Source: Alphaproteobacteria bacterium (GTDB lineage: Bacteria > Pseudomonadota > Alphaproteobacteria > MPNO01 > UBA830). Taken from it: a stretch of 64,000 nucleotides of DNA. Both the position numbers and the translations under genes were made by a program. Below the pieces are notes generated by a model. It was given only the letters and a program-made list of their open reading frames with translations, was not told the origin of the DNA and did not search any database. Of this stretch, positions 59,146-64,000 are shown in pieces. Positions within the stretch are counted from its first letter, which is position 1. Every line of letters starts with the position of its first letter. The stretch covers positions 2,880,001 through 2,944,000 of the forward strand of contig OZ251539.1 in NCBI GenBank assembly GCA_965243135.1. Reading direction: 5' to 3'.

Positions 59146-62100
59146 CTAATCGTCTTTCACGTCATCGGCTCGCTCAAACCAGGACTGGTCGTCTCTGACG
59201 GTTTTTCTCAGATCCGGGCGGCTGAGGTAGCCGGCCAACCTGCGAAAGTGCCTTGTCATGGCCTTTAGATCGTTGAGGTCGCTTGCAGCGATTTCAATCA
59301 CTTCGCATCCTGTGTCGTTTCTCAAAAAATCGCGGATCAAGCGGTCGCGTTCCGCAGTCTCCGGGTTTCCATGCAGGTGTCGGCTTAGTCCGTCAAGATA
59401 AATGCAAACTCCCTCGTCTTCCTCGTCGCCAGGGTAGAATACGTCGGGCGTCGTCGTGCCGATCGCCCGGTCAAGACGGATCTGACGGCCGCGCACGCCT
59501 TCTTCGAAACCGGCCGCCAGAAGAAGCTGACGGAGCGTTCGTTCCGCCTGGTTCACGGGATACGACCCTTCCCGCGGTTCCTCGGAAGGCTGCCTGGACG
59601 GGATATCGTGCGATAATTCGAGAGCCGCCCCATAAGCCTCAAGCCGCAGGAGCGCCTCCCCCCGGTTCAAATGCTTGTGATAGTAGGCGTTGCGGAAGGT
59701 CTGGAGACAATCCACGCACGAACTCTCGCAAACGGAAGGGCAATCCTCCACCACTTCCCGCGCGACGTTGACCACCTCGCCGAAACGTTCCACGATCTGG
59801 GAGAGAAGGCCCGATCCTCCGGGCATCGGATCCCAGAGCAGGGCGTCGACCTCGTCGCGCTCCACGTACCCGACAACCAGGATCTGCAGATCGTCCATGT
59901 GCATGTCGAGAACCCGGGCCGCGGCGAAGCGAAGCGCCTCGAGCACGCTGAAAGCTACCGTCTGGTTTTCGCATGCCGGCAGCGACAGGACATCCGCGAC
60001 CACGTCTGCATAAAAACCGACCGGTGCGCATCTCTTTCCGCAACGCTCCTCGTGAGAGGCGACGAACCGGTCGTATTGGACACCCGAAGCAAGCGGAGAG
60101 ACGCTCTGGCCGCACACCGTGCACAGGGGGTATCCAAGACGGGCGAAACTCCCGATAGCGGAAGTTGCGCCGACATTGACCAACCGCAGGCGAACGCCGC
60201 GTCTGAGATGCAGGCTTTGTCCTCCCCAGTCGAAGGCGGTCCCCCCGTTGTGCTGGCCGCGCTCCAGACCGTGAACGGCCACTCCGAGCTGAAAGCGGAG
60301 TTCCTCCTCGTCGGAAATATGCGACCGATGGACCAGATCCACGTCGCAGACCGAAATGGTTCTCAAACGGCCGGCGCTCAATCCGGAGAGCTCCGTTCCG
60401 GCCTCGGTCTCCTTTACCGCCTGCCTTTCGGTCGATACCTCGAAGACCGGCATGTCGACCCGTTCCTCGTCGACATTCAGATGGAAACGCCGCGGGACGA
60501 ACCGGTGACCGTTCGCGTAAACGAGATTGCCCGGCACGTATTCCCGCAGCGCCAGACTCGGCGGCCGCGGCAACGCGAATTCCCCCACTCCGCTTTGCCA
60601 AAACGGGATCTCGGCCGTACCGAGGACCGAACCGATCTCAAGCCCGTAACCGGGAAGGAATCCTTCCGCGGCGAGAACTCCAAAGGTGTAGGCATCCTCG
60701 TAGCCTTCGGCCTCGTGCCGCATGCGCCGCCTTGTCTCCTTGAGGCGTTTGACGAGGCGATCGCAGCGCCGGAACAGGGCATCGTCCTCGGGTTCAAGAG
60801 CGCCGCGCTTCTCGCGCAGAACGTTCAGCCGCCGGATCTGGGTCATGGCCCACGCCAGCCGCCGGCGCAATCGGGCGATTACGTTTTCGAGTTGGTCCAC
60901 CATTCCGGCGACGTGGCCGCGCAACGCTTCCGGACTCGTCACTTCCGCGTCGGCATCCGGCCAGTTGCGGGAAAACGCCTTCTCCATGTACGCGACGAGA
61001 TCTTCGAGATCACGCTCGATCAATTTCCGCAGGGGCGACAAATCGAACGGCTCGGAACGGACGGCCTCGCCTTCGAACAGGTAGGCGCCGACCCGCGGCG
61101 GCAGGGCCTGGCCCAGCGCGGCCTCGATTCGCTCCCTGTCGGGCCGCGAGGGATCTCGCGCCCGTTGGTAAAGCCTGGTGATCGTTGCGGCGTGAACATG
61201 CTTGGCCACCATCAATTCGTTTCGCAGGTTGAACGCGGGCGGATCGACGCGGCCGGCCAGCATCTTGAGGGGCTCCGCGAAGTACGCGCGATCATGGGAA
61301 ACGGAACGGCAATAGGCCAGGTCCACGGCCATGCGGTGACGCCGTCCGGCCCGTCCGGCCCGCTGCCAATAGTTGGCCGGGAGCGGGGGCACGTTCCGCA
61401 TGAGCACCGCGTCGAGTTTGCCGATGTCCACGCCCAGTTCGAGCGTCGGCGTACAGACGAAGGCGTTGACGGCGTCCGATTCTCCCTTGAACAGGTTTTC
61501 GAGGCGTTCTCGCTCCTCGTTGGGGACCATCGCCGTGTGCTCCTCGGGGCGGAGCATCGAATAACCCTCGTCCAGAACCTGCAGGTCGTAGTTGTCCGGA
61601 TCTTCCGGGACGAATTCGATTTCGCCTTCGCAGCGCCATGCGGGGCATTTCCGAAGGGGCGTTCGACGGACTGTGCGGCGCCGGCAACTCCTGCAACGCC
61701 AAACGCCCTGATTGCCGCGCAGGCGGAGCCGGTCCGCATCCACCTGGTAAACCCGGCTGACGCCCGACAGAGATCTACCCTTGGCTCCCTTGAGCCGAAC
61801 GGGCTTGAGCACGCCGAACTCCGCGAGACAGCCGAACAACTCCTCAAGGAACTTTTCGGCGTTCTCCGGCAGTACGCCCCACTTCCTCGCCATCTGCCGG
61901 ATCGTCGTATCGCCCCGGTCGCTGAGCCACTGGGTCACGAGTTGAGGCTTTTCGTCGCGCTCGCGACGCAGCTTGGTTCCCGTGGGGTTGCCGAAGCGAG
62001 GCAGGTACCCCTGCTGTATCTCTAGGTCGCCTTCCAACCAATACCTGGAAAAAATCTCCTGTTCCGGGTCGTGCAGGACGCGCTTGCGGCGGAGGTAATC

Positions 62101-64000
62101 GAGCAGGCTGGCCACTCCTTCGTGGAATTCCTCGGGAGCGAGAGCCAATCGATCCGCCGTCGCCCGGGATAACGCAGCGGTCAGGCCCTCGTATTCGACC
62201 TTCATGCGCCCCCAAGGCTCGAGCCCCACCGGCTGGCGGGCGGACTGGGTTACTTCGCGCAGCACCTGAATGCGCAGGAATTTTCGGCGTTCCTGCCCGT
62301 GCCTTCCGCCCCCGCCTTCCTTGCGGACGACCTGCCATACTTCGGGCACGAGCGCGCGCGACAGCGTTTCGTCCCGCTCCAGAACGTCATCCATGTACAG
62401 GGCGAGGTCGCCGACGGAAACCGGACCATCCTTCATTCCCTCGGCCATCAGGGAACGCAAGCGGTAGCGGCGGGCGTGGTCCTTCATCCACCCCGCCTGG
62501 AAAGCGGCATCCTGCCGATTGTCGCAAAAGACCAGCAGCCGGGGCCGTTCGGAGTGGTGCACCATGTCCTGGGCGAGAACGTGCACGTCGGCCACGTGAG
62601 TGGCGCGAACCGGCCGAGCCGGCTCCCGGTACCGCCCGTTGATCCTCCTTCCGGTCGCTCCGCATGAAAGACAACTCGCGAGGAAGCCCGGGTTGTCCTT
62701 CTTTTGCCGCACCGCGAACAATTCGACGCTCTCGCCTGTCCGTCCGCATCCGCGGCACCGGGTCACGGCGTCGGGATGAGCCGTTCCGCAGCGACGGCAA
62801 AAGTAAAGGGGACTGGTGCGGTCGTGCCGGTCGATGTCCTCGTCGGCGCTGCCCCCGACGATTCTGTCCGTCAGGACGACGCGGCGGCCGCCATGGGTTT
62901 CCTCCAGAGGCTTCCAGTAGGTCGCCTCGCCGGCCGCCTCGCCGCCGCCCGGCGCCTTGCCGTCGAATTCGAAGTCCTTGAGGAAGGCGACGAAATAGTG
63001 CTGACCGCAGGTGGTGCACGTCGTCACCGGAAAATGCGCGTGCGCGTTCTCTTCGGCGGCCGCCTCGTCTTCCGCGGCCAGCCACAGCCTGGGGCCGTTG
63101 CCCTCCTCGGGAAAGCTCGCCACCGCTCCGCCGATGCCCCTCACGAAGCCGTGCAGCACCGGACGAAGAAGCGGCCTGCCCGCCGCGCTCGCCGCCGCTC
63201 CGAGAGTCAGCCAGCAGAGGATCTCGGCTTCGTCCACGGACCGGCCGATAACGGGCTCAAGTTCCGGGGGCAGCTCGTTCAGCGCGCACGGAGAAGCCAG
63301 CGCCTCGTTGAGCCGATAGACAAGTTCGTTGCCGGACAAGGCGGCGTACAGCGCGTCCTGCCAATTGCCGGCGGGAAGCGGCGCGCCGGACAGGTCTTCG
63401 AGCGCGCCGCCGACGGCCGTTCCCGGATCGGTCTCGTCGTCCACGGCGCGGACGCAACGGGCGAGGAGTTCGGCCGGATCGATCGCCGGAGCCGGCGGCA
63501 GAGAGCGGGCTTCCGTCCAGATCTCGGGTTCGTAGGACTCGTTCACCGTAACGACTTCGTCCTTCGGGACGCCGAAGAACCGCGCCGCGAAATCCCGCGC
63601 GGCGTCGGGACTGGACCGGTCCGCGATGGTCGCCGATGTCGCGACGCAGACCGTTTCGTTCGCCCCGCAAAAGGTTCTCAGCCGGCGGATCAGGCAGGCC
63701 GTCTCGGCGCCCTGGGCGCCGGTGAACGTGTGAGCTTCGTCGAAGACGAGGAAATCGAGGCGGGCGTCGGCGAACAGGCCGATATCCTGCTGCCGGGTCA
63801 GCAACAACTCCAGTTGCTTGACGTTGGTCAGGAGGACGCGGGGCTGCCGGCCCGGCGCGCGCATGATCTCGCGGGAGCAGACCTCCTCCGGCGGATAGAC
63901 GGTTTCGCTGCGTTTCTCTTTCCTCACCTTGGCGAGCTCGGCCTCGTAATCGGCCTGCGACGCCCCGGCGGGCAGGCGGATGCCGGCCACCTGTTTCTCC
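59146..64000 (-). CDS. large DEAD/DEAH-box SF2 helicase with DUF1998 (MrfA-type Zn) and a C-terminal PD-(D/E)XK/Vsr-like nuclease; 5' end outside the window
   Basis: LLTNVKQLELLLTR, VFDEAH, ATSATI, CTPTLELGVDIG, QRAGRAGRR, DPMPGGSG...CESSCVDCL, TTPDVFY..IYLDG..H; Walker A not within the window. Confidence 0.9.
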   Translation of the reverse strand, partial: EKQVAGIRLPAGASQADYEAELAKVRKEKRSETVYPPEEVCSREIMRAPGRQPRVLLTNVKQLELLLTRQQDIGLFADARLDFLVFDEAHTFTGAQGAETACLIRRLRTFCGANETVCVATSATIADRSSPDAARDFAARFFGVPKDEVVTVNESYEPEIWTEARSLPPAPAIDPAELLARCVRAVDDETDPGTAVGGALEDLSGAPLPAGNWQDALYAALSGNELVYRLNEALASPCALNELPPELEPVIGRSVDEAEILCWLTLGAAASAAGRPLLRPVLHGFVRGIGGAVASFPEEGNGPRLWLAAEDEAAAEENAHAHFPVTTCTTCGQHYFVAFLKDFEFDGKAPGGGEAAGEATYWKPLEETHGGRRVVLTDRIVGGSADEDIDRHDRTSPLYFCRRCGTAHPDAVTRCRGCGRTGESVELFAVRQKKDNPGFLASCLSCGATGRRINGRYREPARPVRATHVADVHVLAQDMVHHSERPRLLVFCDNRQDAAFQAGWMKDHARRYRLRSLMAEGMKDGPVSVGDLALYMDDVLERDETLSRALVPEVWQVVRKEGGGGRHGQERRKFLRIQVLREVTQSARQPVGLEPWGRMKVEYEGLTAALSRATADRLALAPEEFHEGVASLLDYLRRKRVLHDPEQEIFSRYWLEGDLEIQQGYLPRFGNPTGTKLRRERDEKPQLVTQWLSDRGDTTIRQMARKWGVLPENAEKFLEELFGCLAEFGVLKPVRLKGAKGRSLSGVSRVYQVDADRLRLRGNQGVWRCRSCRRRTVRRTPLRKCPAWRCEGEIEFVPEDPDNYDLQVLDEGYSMLRPEEHTAMVPNEERERLENLFKGESDAVNAFVCTPTLELGVDIGKLDAVLMRNVPPLPANYWQRAGRAGRRHRMAVDLAYCRSVSHDRAYFAEPLKMLAGRVDPPAFNLRNELMVAKHVHAATITRLYQRARDPSRPDRERIEAALGQALPPRVGAYLFEGEAVRSEPFDLSPLRKLIERDLEDLVAYMEKAFSRNWPDADAEVTSPEALRGHVAGMVDQLENVIARLRRRLAWAMTQIRRLNVLREKRGALEPEDDALFRRCDRLVKRLKETRRRMRHEAEGYEDAYTFGVLAAEGFLPGYGLEIGSVLGTAEIPFWQSGVGEFALPRPPSLALREYVPGNLVYANGHRFVPRRFHLNVDEERVDMPVFEVSTERQAVKETEAGTELSGLSAGRLRTISVCDVDLVHRSHISDEEELRFQLGVAVHGLERGQHNGGTAFDWGGQSLHLRRGVRLRLVNVGATSAIGSFARLGYPLCTVCGQSVSPLASGVQYDRFVASHEERCGKRCAPVGFYADVVADVLSLPACENQTVAFSVLEALRFAAARVLDMHMDDLQILVVGYVERDEVDALLWDPMPGGSGLLSQIVERFGEVVNVAREVVEDCPSVCESSCVDCLQTFRNAYYHKHLNRGEALLRLEAYGAALELSHDIPSRQPSEEPREGSYPVNQAERTLRQLLLAAGFEEGVRGRQIRLDRAIGTTTPDVFYPGDEEDEGVCIYLDGLSRHLHGNPETAERDRLIRDFLRNDTGCEVIEIAASDLNDLKAMTRHFRRLAGYLSRPDLRKTVRDDQSWFERADDVKDD

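Noticed and set aside
1-64000. CRISPR array, tRNA or rRNA genes
   Set aside because: No regularly spaced short repeats with unique spacers and no recognisable structural RNA genes were seen.

Overview
GC-rich bacterial window with three blocks. (1) 1-25.5 kb: a head-to-tail minus-strand array of at least 11 paralogues of a gene encoding an N-terminal AAA-ATPase-like P-loop domain fused to a C-terminal PD-(D/E)XK nuclease (PDDEXK_9/DUF1703 type). Three copies are intact, one is intact but has a replaced N-terminus, and the rest are frameshifted or truncated. The copies are block mosaics of each other, each well-preserved copy has its own sigma70-like promoter placed for a leaderless mRNA, and they are separated by a few recurring spacer types. 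Between them lie eroded rmlD/rmlA, DUF4338/IS4 transposase remnants and an ORF-less group II intron inserted in mid-codon in one copy. (2) 25.6-53.7 kb: one plus-strand, largely translationally coupled operon encoding a type IVb (IncI/PAPI-like) pilus plus a Dot/Icm (IncI Tra, MPF_I) type IVB secretion system. It ends in a VirD4/TraG-type coupling protein instead of DotL/TrbC; no relaxase or integrase is visible. (3) 53.9-64 kb: a putative defence island with an AT-rich two-gene module (GHKL/histidine-kinase-like ATPase plus a degenerate PRTase-fold protein), IS630 and ISKra4-like remnants, a dead C5 DNA methyltransferase and a large DEAH helicase-DUF1998-nuclease gene running off the window end. 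Many indels in block 1 may be consensus artefacts of a repetitive region. All calls come from motif recognition by eye; no database searches were run.
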